From IMG/VR virus record IMGVR_UViG_3300044835_000051, positions 1 through 63,591 of that record: a stretch of 63,591 nt of DNA; one strand, written 5' to 3'. This stretch comes from a virus (Duplodnaviria; Caudoviricetes). This document shows, in pieces, positions 63,380-63,591 of the stretch (position 1 is its first letter; each line of letters opens with the position of its first letter). Below the pieces are notes generated by a model. It saw only the letters and a list, made by a program, of their open reading frames with translations. It was not told the DNA's origin and searched no databases. A program made the position numbers and the translations under genes.

Positions 63380-63591
63380 AGCGCGGGTCGGGTATATGTG
63401 TGCGCGGTCGCTAAGGCACGCCGCGTGATCGACTTCGTAGAGCTAGCTACTCATACGGTCGCTCCTGTTCGAGTGAGCCGCAGTGCGCCACCGCTGACGC
63501 ACGTTCGCACGGAAATTGGGACGACATTCGCACGTTCGAGATACGCGCGGCCGGCGAAGGGCGAGCGCGGGCGCCGGCACCCTTGCGGGTG

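Noticed and set aside
1-63591. tRNA/rRNA genes or stop-codon reassignment
   Set aside because: No cloverleaf or T-loop context seen in intergenic gaps; standard code gives full-length genes using all three stops

Overview
This window is most of a high-GC (roughly two-thirds G+C by eye) tailed-phage genome with siphovirus-type organisation. An actinobacterial host is plausible but cannot be shown. The + strand (about 1-32.2 kb) carries the virion module: large terminase, portal, protease/scaffold, decoration protein, major capsid protein, head-tail genes, major tail protein, frameshifting tail chaperones, a 2188-aa tape measure and tail-tip/fibre genes. A + strand DNA-metabolism module follows (about 32.3-43.5 kb): Rad52-like annealing protein, RusA, Cas4/RecB-like nuclease, replication protein, DnaB and a sigma factor. 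A converging - strand arm (about 43.5-63 kb) holds many small genes plus a tyrosine recombinase, a RuvB homologue and a MoxR AAA+/vWA pair, with a SigA-like promoter in the terminal non-coding region. The most striking feature is a 342-aa intein in the terminase (1016-2041) with no recognisable endonuclease in its own frame. A zinc-finger + DUF559/Vsr-like nuclease gene is instead nested inside it in the +1 frame, giving about 750 nt of dual coding. No lysis genes, DNA polymerase, tRNA or CRISPR array were recognised. All calls come from motif reading only; no database searches were run.
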